From positions 66,689 to 91,251 of IMG/VR virus record IMGVR_UViG_3300005804_000111: a DNA stretch of 24,563 nucleotides; one strand, 5' to 3'. The notes below the pieces were generated by a model. It did not search any database and had not been told where the DNA came from. It saw only the letters and a list, made by a program, of their open reading frames with translations. The DNA is from a virus. Below are positions 1 through 7,790 of this stretch, piece by piece; within the stretch, counting starts at the first letter, position 1; the number at the start of each line of letters is the position of its first letter. Made by a program: the position numbers and the translations under genes.

Positions 1-1134
1 CTTATATCCCGCTGTATACCATCCGTAACTATCTGCCGTCACCCCATAATAAATATTGCCGCCAACAAACACAGGATTCCCCACAACGTCAAACGATACC
101 GGTGCAATACCAACACCCGCAACGTCACCTATGCTGCCTACGCAAAATAGGAAACATTCAAAATACCACTTTCCTTTTGATGCTGAAAGCGTACTGACGC
201 TACATCTCCACATGCTCGTAAGAATGTTCTGAACAAAAAGATTATTCGGGTAATATGGAAGGTATTGGGCCAAAGCATTACGCTCGATAACATCGTTCCA
301 GTTCATTGCGGCATAATTGTTTGTCGGCGTATCTTTGCTTGGCGCATAATTCCATGCGGTTGTCGTAAGAGAGAAATTTCCGCATATCACATTATTACTT
401 GTCCCTGAACGGTCATAGCCAAGCGTCGTCAACGAAGTCGAATCATCAAAAGGCAGATACCGGCCTGTATTTCCATACCCGCCGCCAGTATATCGCTTTG
501 GCCTCCATTGTCCGGTCACGGAATCACGGTAGCCAAAATCAGTCACCGCCTTTACCGTACCATCCAAGACGTGAATTTCCGCAAGCTGTCCATCAAAATA
601 GTAATATGGTGAACTGTAAAACCTTCCCCAACAGGCCCACCAACCCGAAGAACATAAATGAACATTTATACTTAATGCCTGATTCTGTCCTGGATTTGTA
701 TTTGTTGAGAAAGACGTAATACGCTCTCCGTTCACCCATAACTGAACACGATCCTCTGCGGTTGCCAAAGTAGTATCCGTAACAATAAAAATATGATACC
801 AGCCACTCGTATCAAGGAATTTGCGCGTGGTAATTTTATCGCAATGCACCCCTCCGTAACTGGCATGAACAGATACGATTCTCAGGTTGTCAGATGCAGT
901 AAACCCAATAAAACCGTAATAGCTGTCCGAATAATATGCAGCAAACGGCATTTGCATGGTGTTGCGCCTAGGTTTTTTTAGCCAGAAAGAATAAGTCTTT
1001 GTCGTATAGCTAATATCACCTGTAGCTACTGCTTGATATGCTGCATATGTCCCTGCTTGAGCCGAAAACCAAAGGGACTGCTTTATCTGATACCCTTGGT
1101 CAAAACCAACCGGAAGAACGAGAGGAAGATTCAT
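1..1134 (-). CDS. LamG/concanavalin-A-like plus SPRY-like domain virion protein (fibre/receptor-binding candidate), 3'-truncated by the window edge
   Basis: Not in the ORF track. My translation from ATG 1134 (TAATG overlap with the upstream stop) is open for 378 codons to position 1: MNLPLVLPVGFDQGYQIKQSLWF..TYSFWLKK..KFLDTSGWYHIFIVTDTT..DRVQLWVNG..YFDGQLAEIHVLDG..TGQWRPKRY..LGYDRSG..DTPTNNYA..KGKWYFE. These are typical phage LamG then SPRY motifs. Confidence 0.85.
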   Translation of the reverse strand, partial: MNLPLVLPVGFDQGYQIKQSLWFSAQAGTYAAYQAVATGDISYTTKTYSFWLKKPRRNTMQMPFAAYYSDSYYGFIGFTASDNLRIVSVHASYGGVHCDKITTRKFLDTSGWYHIFIVTDTTLATAEDRVQLWVNGERITSFSTNTNPGQNQALSINVHLCSSGWWACWGRFYSSPYYYFDGQLAEIHVLDGTVKAVTDFGYRDSVTGQWRPKRYTGGGYGNTGRYLPFDDSTSLTTLGYDRSGTSNNVICGNFSLTTTAWNYAPSKDTPTNNYAAMNWNDVIERNALAQYLPYYPNNLFVQNILTSMWRCSVSTLSASKGKWYFECFLFCVGSIGDVAGVGIAPVSFDVVGNPVFVGGNIYYGVTADSYGWYTAGYK

Positions 1135-1520
1135 TACGCTCTCCGAACATCGTATGCCGCCGCAATGCAAATCATGTATGTGCCGTCATAGCGAAAAACG
1201 AAATGATCGTACATGCCAGCGGTATTAGACGGAGTAAGATCAGCAACATTTTTGAACGCATTGCCAAATGCAATCGCGTGAGAAGTCGTAAAGGTGACAT
1301 ATAATGAATAGAACGCACCTGTCACGGCTGAAGAAGGATTTGCAATCGTGAACGCTGATCCGTTGACGTTCACGGTGAGATTCTGACCAATTGTGCCATC
1401 CCACCCGGTATTGTGCGTAAGGGCAACAGAAGCCGCCGCGAACGCGCCTATGGTATCGGACGATGCGGCCTGTTTGACCGAACCGGAATCAATAATGAGT
1501 GGTTTTACACTCGTTGCCAT
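1134..1520 (-). CDS. small beta-rich virion/tail-fibre-like protein
   Basis: 128 aa, Ala/Ser/Thr-rich, C-terminal YDHFVFRYDGT pattern seen in fibre distal domains; coupled by TAATG overlaps at both ends. Confidence 0.55.
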   Translation of the reverse strand: MATSVKPLIIDSGSVKQAASSDTIGAFAAASVALTHNTGWDGTIGQNLTVNVNGSAFTIANPSSAVTGAFYSLYVTFTTSHAIAFGNAFKNVADLTPSNTAGMYDHFVFRYDGTYMICIAAAYDVRRA

Positions 1521-2029
1521 TATGCCAGTACCACAACCCTTTCAGGCTCAAAACTGACTGCTGTTGCCGATACTGCAATTCCTACGCGCTGAACAACATT
1601 CCCCGAACCGGACGGTGCCGATGATGCTCCAAGCCCCGGAGTGCTTGCGGACAGATAGACCGGGCCGGGAGTCTGTCCCGTTACCTGAGTGTTCGTTCCC
1701 TCAAGGTAAACGGTTGCATTCTGACCGGATGTGACTGCCGCCAGAACAAAGCCGTGCGCCTCTTTCCCCGCTGTGCTGGCATCTGCCTTACGAGCTTTTG
1801 CGCCGGAACTGTTGAAAATATTAACGTAATCCCCGGCTACAAGGTTTTCGCTTGCCTCAACCGTTGCAGTGTCCGCGCCGATACCTACCGGCATCATCGA
1901 AGAATCAATACGCCCCGTTGCATCAAGCGCAACAACTTTACCGGCATCCCCGGCCCCGGCGCTACTCTGATTCGCTGCTTTCTCGGTTATTACTCCTGCA
2001 TTGTTGTAAAGAAACTTGTCTCCTGCCAT
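1520..2029 (-). CDS. virion structural protein, capsid cement/DUF2190-like fold
   Basis: Motifs ASENLVAGDYV, AHGFVLAAVTSGQNATVYLEG, PVYLS, VQRVGIAVSAT; GGAGG RBS upstream; paralogous to 2033..2560. Confidence 0.6.
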   Translation of the reverse strand: MAGDKFLYNNAGVITEKAANQSSAGAGDAGKVVALDATGRIDSSMMPVGIGADTATVEASENLVAGDYVNIFNSSGAKARKADASTAGKEAHGFVLAAVTSGQNATVYLEGTNTQVTGQTPGPVYLSASTPGLGASSAPSGSGNVVQRVGIAVSATAVSFEPERVVVLA

Positions 2030-2032
2030 GTC

Positions 2033-2560
2033 CTAGCCTCCTGTTGAAATCGGTAATTGAATTTCCAAAAGCAATGCAGTCGGGGCGCTTGGCCGTCCAA
2101 CCTGCAATATGTACCCGGAAGTCGGGGCATCCTGAGTCAGCAACCCATTCTCGCCAAGATAGACCGGCTTGGACATATCCCATGACCAAGACGGCTCGAT
2201 GATGTTCCCTGAAAGTGCAACCGTAACCGTATCGCCAAGCAATGCAGCGCCGGTTGTCATGCCGAGAATCCGGTGCATACTCGTAAGATCAGAGGCAGAC
2301 GCATAGCCAACCTCAGTGTTAGACGTGCTCTGTACGATCCTGTGGCCGCTCAGATTCGCCCCGGCAAGTTTCGTGATCGTCTGAGCACTCGAACCGCCGC
2401 CCTGATATGCCCCGTCAACCGTGACCTCAATAACCGGTGCCTGTTCAACCGCTACCAATGCCCCGGTATCATCCTGCACCGTCACGGTAACAATCGCCCC
2501 GGCTTGGCTCTGCACTTCAATATCCGGCGCTGTCAACCGTGTCAGTACCAGATCAGACAT
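2033..2560 (-). CDS. virion structural protein, capsid cement/DUF2190-like C-terminal domain
   Basis: AGANLSGHRIV, ILGMTTGAALLGDTVTV, PVYLGENGLLTQDAP, LQVGRP; same motif order as the neighbouring gene. Confidence 0.6.
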   Translation of the reverse strand: MSDLVLTRLTAPDIEVQSQAGAIVTVTVQDDTGALVAVEQAPVIEVTVDGAYQGGGSSAQTITKLAGANLSGHRIVQSTSNTEVGYASASDLTSMHRILGMTTGAALLGDTVTVALSGNIIEPSWSWDMSKPVYLGENGLLTQDAPTSGYILQVGRPSAPTALLLEIQLPISTGG

Positions 2561-2957
2561 CGCGTGTTACCTCCGGGACAACATAGAGCTTCCCGCACGG
2601 CAAATCTTTTCGCACAACTTCAGGGTCGCCCTGATACCGCTCGAAATCATAGTAATACAGGCTTTCATCGTCAGACACGGCATCGCCGCACTTGATCCCG
2701 GTTGTGACTGACGCCGCCATGACTGCATCAATGCGCCCGGTTGCAGGTGTCACGGTACAGGAGAATGACGCGGTGATAGCTGTTGAATTTGGCAACTTGC
2801 GAACCTGACCGCGTGCGCTCCATCCGGTCAAGTCCATTGCGCTGCCGTCCTCGTTCTTCATAAAAATGGGGAAATCCCATGTCGCGCCCTTCTTTGCGTA
2901 TATGTCAATCGTCCCGTCAGTATTGACAACGAACCTGATGTCAGGAATAATGTTCAC
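2553..2957 (-). CDS. BppU-N-like beta-sandwich virion adaptor protein
   Basis: KGATW..DGSAMDLTGWSARGQVRK..YYYDFE..GKLYVVPEVTR, the widespread phage fibre-attachment pattern; GTGA overlap with the o-spanin stop. Confidence 0.7.
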   Translation of the reverse strand: MNIIPDIRFVVNTDGTIDIYAKKGATWDFPIFMKNEDGSAMDLTGWSARGQVRKLPNSTAITASFSCTVTPATGRIDAVMAASVTTGIKCGDAVSDDESLYYYDFERYQGDPEVVRKDLPCGKLYVVPEVTRDV

Positions 2958-3232
2958 TTGCTTTCACCCCTTTGCTTCAAGGATTCGAGAATCAGCAACA
3001 ATTCCCCGGCGTACTGTTTCTTAAGCACTTCGTTTTTCAGCCAGTTCTTCGCGTTCTGTTCATCAAGCAAATACCCGCGCTCAATCTTCTGCCACTTTAC
3101 CGGGTAGAGTGCCGGGGCATTCGGCAACGGGGGAACTTGCTGATAGACGTACTCAGTTTTGATAACCTGAACCGGGGCGCTACTGCACCCTATTAAGAGC
3201 ATCAAGCAAAGTATCAGTGCCGTCACTCGCAT
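2954..3232 (-). CDS. o-spanin (Rz1-like outer-membrane lipoprotein)
   Basis: Start reassigned to ATG 3232 (GGAGGG RBS): MRVTALILCLMLLIG-C-SSAP has a lipobox and a Pro-rich segment; overlaps the i-spanin 3' end. Confidence 0.8.
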   Translation of the reverse strand: MRVTALILCLMLLIGCSSAPVQVIKTEYVYQQVPPLPNAPALYPVKWQKIERGYLLDEQNAKNWLKNEVLKKQYAGELLLILESLKQRGESK

Positions 3233-3524
3233 TGTTCCCTCCAAGCGAATCAATTTGCTGCATTTGTGTAATGGCCCGTTCCTTCTCCCGGAGCCGCTTT
3301 TCGCAAGTGCTGTTTGCCTTTTCGACATCGCCCCGCAACTGTCCGATTGTTTTCACGTCAACTGCATTGGCCGCTTGGCAATCGTTCAATTCTTTCTGTG
3401 CGACCTTCAGATCAGCCTTTACGCTGTCAATCCGGGATTGCTGAATCTTGCCGACAATCCCCCCGGCGATGATTGCTACGATCAGATACGGCAATGCTAC
3501 TCTTAGGATGGCAAGCCAGTTCAT
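3180..3524 (-). CDS. i-spanin (Rz-like)
   Basis: N-terminal TM helix followed by a coiled coil with two Cys; ATG 3524 in a TGATG overlap; followed by a lipoprotein gene. Confidence 0.8.
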   Translation of the reverse strand: MNWLAILRVALPYLIVAIIAGGIVGKIQQSRIDSVKADLKVAQKELNDCQAANAVDVKTIGQLRGDVEKANSTCEKRLREKERAITQMQQIDSLGGNNASDGTDTLLDALNRVQ

Positions 3525-3727
3525 CAGCAACCCCCTAAGTGCGTAGGATGGCTACAAACAAGCCAGTACAGCCAAAGAAACGCAATCAACATTATCAACA
3601 GAATTGCACCGACGATACAGCCGAGAATCTTCAAGGCTTTTTTCATGGCAATACTCCCCGTTATGCGCCGCCTGATAAATTCAGCGGCGTTGAGCACTTT
3701 GATTGTCACTGAGTCTAGCCAGTTCAC
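3524..3727 (-). CDS. small single-TM protein in the lysis cassette (holin/antiholin-like)
   Basis: GTG 3727 in a TAGTG overlap, and its stop is coupled to the i-spanin start; one TM segment ILGCIVGAILLIMLIAFLWLYWLV. Alternative start ATG 3646. Confidence 0.5.
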   Translation of the reverse strand: MNWLDSVTIKVLNAAEFIRRRITGSIAMKKALKILGCIVGAILLIMLIAFLWLYWLVCSHPTHLGGC

Positions 3728-3951
3728 TATTCCGGCACCCCTCGCCATATTTTCAAGAGCTTGATCGCAAGGCTTGGCACATTGAGGATCAGCAAGCCAA
3801 GCGGATACGTCAGGAACGCTTCAGGACTGAGCTTGCCCCGATACGCCATCATGCCGAATGCGGCGCTTAGAATGAGCGAACCCCATACGGCAACATTCCG
3901 GTGTAGGCTCATTTGCCCTTTTGAATTTTTGATAAGCCGTCCGAGCGTCAT
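3727..3951 (-). CDS. putative holin (2 TM)
   Basis: 74 aa with two hydrophobic segments and basic termini, directly after the endolysin (ATGA overlap). Confidence 0.6.
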   Translation of the reverse strand: MTLGRLIKNSKGQMSLHRNVAVWGSLILSAAFGMMAYRGKLSPEAFLTYPLGLLILNVPSLAIKLLKIWRGVPE

Positions 3952-4463
3952 GCGGTAATCCCCTGGAAAAGAGCCTCTGCGATTAACTCAGTATCGGTAA
4001 TCACATCGACATCCTCTTCACTGCGGATAAAGCCGATTTCAACGAGCACTGCCGGAGTATCGTAATCCTTCAGCACTGCCAAGCCGCGCACATCTTTCTT
4101 TACGCCACGGTCTGCAAGCCCGGTTGCTTCGATAAGCGCGGCCTGAATGTTCTGAGCAAGTTCAAGATCGTTTTCGTCTGCATACCACGTTTCCGCACCA
4201 TGCGCTGAATCGTTCTTGCTTGCGTTGCAATGCACCGAAATAAATGCGTCCGGCTTCCATTTGCGAATCAGCGCAAGTCGGGCCGATGGCGAAATATAGG
4301 TATCCCCGATCCGCGTATACAGTACCGCGTGTCTGGCCTCTTCGAGCTTTTCGCCAAGCCGCTGAACAACAGCAAGCGTTATGTCCTCTTCCTCAAGTCC
4401 CTCAACTTCATTGACCGCGCCCGGATCGTCGCCGCCGTGTCCTGCATCCAAAAGGTATTTCAT
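3948..4463 (-). CDS. endolysin, N-acetylmuramoyl-L-alanine amidase (Amidase_3)
   Basis: Zn ligands and catalytic residues in LDAGHGG, EEDITL, ISVHCNA, AVLVEIGF; start set at ATG 4463 (ATGA overlap). Catalytic domain only. Confidence 0.93.
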   Translation of the reverse strand: MKYLLDAGHGGDDPGAVNEVEGLEEEDITLAVVQRLGEKLEEARHAVLYTRIGDTYISPSARLALIRKWKPDAFISVHCNASKNDSAHGAETWYADENDLELAQNIQAALIEATGLADRGVKKDVRGLAVLKDYDTPAVLVEIGFIRSEEDVDVITDTELIAEALFQGITA

Positions 4464-4840
4464 TTTCTCGCCCCGCTCTTGCAAATTCTGTCGTGATCCT
4501 CTTTACCCAACTTCACATCCACAACATCGTCAATACGGATATGCGCCCTTGAAAGGGAATCTTTCAATTCCTGATGCGCGTCGTCATTGTTCTTTTTCGA
4601 TTCTGCCATTGAGCTTTTCAGATCGCGGATACCGCTGATATAGATGTATGCAAGAAGCGTCTGAACGATACTCAGCAAGCCCCCGATAATCCAAAGCTGA
4701 ATTTTCGTAATGTCGCTGCCATGCGCTTCAACGAGCGTCGATTGCTTCGGTATGTCTGCGCCGAATGCAACCGACATGAACAGCCACCATGCCAGAAAAA
4801 CGATAACCAAAGCCATCAGATGTTTATGGTACAGCTTCAT
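4460..4840 (-). CDS. membrane protein with two hydrophobic segments and a C-terminal coiled coil (holin/antiholin-like)
   Basis: Start reassigned to ATG 4840 (GGAGG RBS): MKLYHKHLMALVIVFLAWWLFMSVAFGA..LWIIGGLLSIVQTLLAYIYI; immediately upstream of the endolysin. Confidence 0.55.
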   Translation of the reverse strand: MKLYHKHLMALVIVFLAWWLFMSVAFGADIPKQSTLVEAHGSDITKIQLWIIGGLLSIVQTLLAYIYISGIRDLKSSMAESKKNNDDAHQELKDSLSRAHIRIDDVVDVKLGKEDHDRICKSGARK

Positions 4841-5426
4841 CGGTTGCGCCCTCCCGGACATTGATTCTCCCCCAAATACAACCGGCCATATGCTTCCATT
4901 CGCCCCCGAATGCATCAGCGGCACGCTTGATGCCCGGCGTGCGCTCAAATCCGTAATCATGCGTCAGCATGATACCGCCCGGTTGTAACCACTGCCAGAA
5001 ATGCCGCATACAGGCAAGAGTCGGGGCATAATGATCAAGATCAAGCCACACCATTGCCAGCGGCGAAAGATCAATTGTTTTGAGCGTGTTCGGCGTGATC
5101 CATCGTTTGTACGGCTCAATGTTCCTGAGACAGTCAAACTCATTCAGCGTTTTCATGACCTCGACAAATGTAGCCGCAAATGCTCCCGCGCCAACCGGAT
5201 CAGCACAACCCTGAACGTCCTCAACTTCAGGCTTTGCCAAGCCCTCGAATGAATCGACAATAATCACATGCCGATTCGGAACCGCTTTTTTCACTTCAAT
5301 AACGTCGCCGCCCCGGAATATCCCGGCCATCAGGATAGCGCCCGGCACTGCGTTCTGAGCGGCCATGCTCAAGAAATTTAACTCTATATCGGCCAATTCG
5401 GAATATTTGCGCCACGGTTTTTCCAT
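4824..5426 (-). CDS. TylF/MycF/NovP-family (macrocin-type) O-methyltransferase
   Basis: PGAILMAGIFRGG, DSFEGL, MVWLDLDHYAPT, LQPGGIMLTHDY; TAATG overlap with the upstream methyltransferase. Confidence 0.85.
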   Translation of the reverse strand: MEKPWRKYSELADIELNFLSMAAQNAVPGAILMAGIFRGGDVIEVKKAVPNRHVIIVDSFEGLAKPEVEDVQGCADPVGAGAFAATFVEVMKTLNEFDCLRNIEPYKRWITPNTLKTIDLSPLAMVWLDLDHYAPTLACMRHFWQWLQPGGIMLTHDYGFERTPGIKRAADAFGGEWKHMAGCIWGRINVREGATDEAVP

Positions 5427-6079
5427 TATTCAACCTTCCTGAAACTGAAGGAATCCCAACCGTACTCATCGAAAAAGCCAAGCCCTGACGCCCGGAATGC
5501 ATCATCAATACTCATGTCAAGCATCAGCCCCGCCGCCTCAAGCTCAACAACCCACCATTCAAGCGGCTTGATCGTGATATGATCCGGGTTGTCCTGTTCA
5601 CGCGCACCATCACCCAACACCAACCCAACCCATGCAACCGCGCCCGGCTTCATGACACGGTAGATTTCGGAAAGCATGGACGGCACTAATTCCTCAGGGA
5701 TATGCTCAAACACCTGATTGCTGTGAATGACATCGAAATATCCGGGAAGGAATGGAATCTCATGCGCCGATCCAACATATGTACGGCCAAGCAAGCGAGG
5801 ATGTGTCTGGTGACCCTTTTTGACGGCGTACTCTGACAGGTCTAGCCCGTAAGCCTCGATGTCCTGTTTGAGCAACGCATTGACGATACCGCCAAGAGCA
5901 CAACCAAGATCAAGCACGCGCTTGCCAAACAGAGGAACAACGCCATTGAAGTAATCAATAAACTTATCGTCCCAAGGCTCGTAAATATGCCATTTTGCAT
6001 AATTCGACTTGCCGGTTTCCGGGCCACGCTCCCAATAGTCCGCGTCATAATATTTTTGCCAAAACTCGATGTCACGCAA
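5426..6079 (-). CDS. class I SAM-dependent methyltransferase
   Basis: Motif I VLDLGCALG, GLDLSEYA, FDVIHSNQVFEHIP, MKPGA. Likely start is TTG 6079 (GGAGG upstream, overlapping the GT9 stop) rather than 6100. Confidence 0.9.
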   Translation of the reverse strand: MRDIEFWQKYYDADYWERGPETGKSNYAKWHIYEPWDDKFIDYFNGVVPLFGKRVLDLGCALGGIVNALLKQDIEAYGLDLSEYAVKKGHQTHPRLLGRTYVGSAHEIPFLPGYFDVIHSNQVFEHIPEELVPSMLSEIYRVMKPGAVAWVGLVLGDGAREQDNPDHITIKPLEWWVVELEAAGLMLDMSIDDAFRASGLGFFDEYGWDSFSFRKVE

Positions 6080-7325
6080 GCAATCCCTCCAATGCTGCAA
6101 AAATTACGCTTGGTTCAACATACATGCACGTGGCAATACCGCTGTTATCCCGTCCGCAAAAACTCGCCTGATCGTGCCAGCACGGTTCTTTCCCCTTTAC
6201 GCACTCGCCCTGAATCGCCACAGCGTTGTAATACCCAAGCCTCACCCGCGAATCTGTCACGCCGAATATCCCGACCAACGGCGTGCCGAACACCCCGGCT
6301 ATGTGCATCGGCCCGGTGTCAACCGCAAGCATCGCTTTCATGCCGGAACACGCGGCCATGAGTGTGCGAAGATCAGGGCGAATGAGCTTGTCACATCCTG
6401 TTACCGGCATGTCGTCTGAATGAATCAGGAGCGCCTTATGCCCGCGCTGAACCACGCCGTCAATGAGTGCTTGCACATGCGGGTAATTCCGGCCCCCTGC
6501 CGCACTGCATGGGACAATCCCGATATGGTCAGCGTACAAATCAGCCATTTCGATTTCGTCGCTGGACAGTCGCATACAGGTTTCATGATCCTGCAACGTC
6601 AGGCCCATGCTTTCGGCCCATATGTCCGGGCGCTCTTTATCGACACGCCCCCGCGCCTGGATTGAGAGCACTTCATACCGGGCGCACGAAATGGAAATAT
6701 CCCCGATAAAGTCATACTTGCCGGACACAATGAGGCGCGGCAATACGCTGTCAACCTCTGTCGAATCCATAACCTCGTCAATGTCTGTGCAATGCTCAAA
6801 CAGTGCGTGAAAGTTTTTCGGTATGGCATAGATAATTTTCGAGTGCGGGAACTGACGCCGGATGTCCGGGAATATCATTGACTGCATGACAATATCGCCA
6901 AGACCGCCATAGCGTCTGAGCACAAGGATCGTCTCGCCGTCCTGCACTTCGGACAGGTCTGATTTGGTCATGGCCGGACTTTTGAAATCAAAGCCCAACA
7001 CTATGAACATATCGGCCCCATGATCGGCCCGGCTATCAAAGTCAAGCGGAACCGTCACCCATTCGTTACGCCGAAACAGAGTGCCGCCAATCAAAACAGC
7101 CTCTTGAGCATCGCCCTTCCCGGTATACCGCACCTGCATTTCCGGCCTAATGCCAAGCAACGTAAACTCCGGGCCGGTCAACTCAAGCCGATGCTTGAGA
7201 AAGAAATGAGTATCGCGCCGGTATGATCCATCCTCAAGCTGCTCTTTGAAAACCCGATCCCGATAATACTTACAACCATCCAAAAGTCGAAAGAATTTCC
7301 GTCCCTCGTACCTGACATAGAACAT
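6072..7325 (-). CDS. GT9 (ADP-heptose heptosyltransferase family) glycosyltransferase with a ~125-aa N-terminal extension
   Basis: ILVLRRYGGLGDIV..FPHSKI at the GT-B N-lobe; VDTGPMHIAGVFGTPLVGIFG (GT9 D-S/T-G-x-x-H-x-A signature); C-terminal four-Cys cluster. Confidence 0.9.
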   Translation of the reverse strand: MFYVRYEGRKFFRLLDGCKYYRDRVFKEQLEDGSYRRDTHFFLKHRLELTGPEFTLLGIRPEMQVRYTGKGDAQEAVLIGGTLFRRNEWVTVPLDFDSRADHGADMFIVLGFDFKSPAMTKSDLSEVQDGETILVLRRYGGLGDIVMQSMIFPDIRRQFPHSKIIYAIPKNFHALFEHCTDIDEVMDSTEVDSVLPRLIVSGKYDFIGDISISCARYEVLSIQARGRVDKERPDIWAESMGLTLQDHETCMRLSSDEIEMADLYADHIGIVPCSAAGGRNYPHVQALIDGVVQRGHKALLIHSDDMPVTGCDKLIRPDLRTLMAACSGMKAMLAVDTGPMHIAGVFGTPLVGIFGVTDSRVRLGYYNAVAIQGECVKGKEPCWHDQASFCGRDNSGIATCMYVEPSVIFAALEGLLA

Positions 7326-7328
7326 GGG

Positions 7329-7742
7329 CTATTCATGTTCTACCATGTGAATTTTCATGCGCCCGTTTGCATCGCCAAGTGCGGCAATGCTGAAATCACA
7401 GACCGGACAGAGGAACATGCCCTCGACCTCGACAACACCCTTGCTTGCCAGTTCAGGATCAAGCTCTACGGTTGTCGGGACATAGGGAGTATTGACGCGC
7501 TCTTTGACTTCGCCCTTTGATGTCACGATGTCAACGATGAACAGATGCGGATTGCCGAGAATAGCCTTGTGCTCTTCGTAAAACTCAAGAGGCCGGGTAT
7601 AACTCAAATCCTCGTTCTGTTCCGGGAACCGGCGACAATTCCAGAAGCGTTGACCGCCAACGTCGATAAATTCACGCTTCGGCTGGCCCCTCAATAACGA
7701 CTTTCCGAGATACCGAATATTGACCAACTGTTTTTTTGCCAT
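7329..7742 (-). CDS. capsid-adjacent protein with a C-terminal C2H2-type zinc finger
   Basis: GGAG RBS; C112-x2-C115-x16-H132-x3-H136; N-terminal domain homologous to the GT9 extension. Confidence 0.7.
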   Translation of the reverse strand: MAKKQLVNIRYLGKSLLRGQPKREFIDVGGQRFWNCRRFPEQNEDLSYTRPLEFYEEHKAILGNPHLFIVDIVTSKGEVKERVNTPYVPTTVELDPELASKGVVEVEGMFLCPVCDFSIAALGDANGRMKIHMVEHE

Positions 7743-7762
7743 GATATTCTCCCGTTAAGAGT

Positions 7763-7790
7763 AAAGAGGCCGGAATTACCCGGCCCCTTT
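7763..7790 (-). terminator. hairpin/intrinsic terminator after the major capsid gene
   Basis: Minus strand AAAGGGGCCGGG-TAAT-TCCGGCCTCTTT, with G-U pairs possible only on this strand; weak U tract, so probably leaky. Confidence 0.65.

Noticed and set aside
1-1134. Diversity-generating retroelement target
   Set aside because: No reverse transcriptase or template/variable repeat pair is visible in the window.
399-1304. Plus-strand ORFs 399..719, 793..981 and 1038..1304
   Set aside because: Antisense shadows of the minus-strand LamG/SPRY and fibre genes; no motifs.
5426-6100. Methyltransferase as a DNA methyltransferase
   Set aside because: No DPPY/NPPY or PC motif; it has the small-molecule/glycan-type FEH motif.
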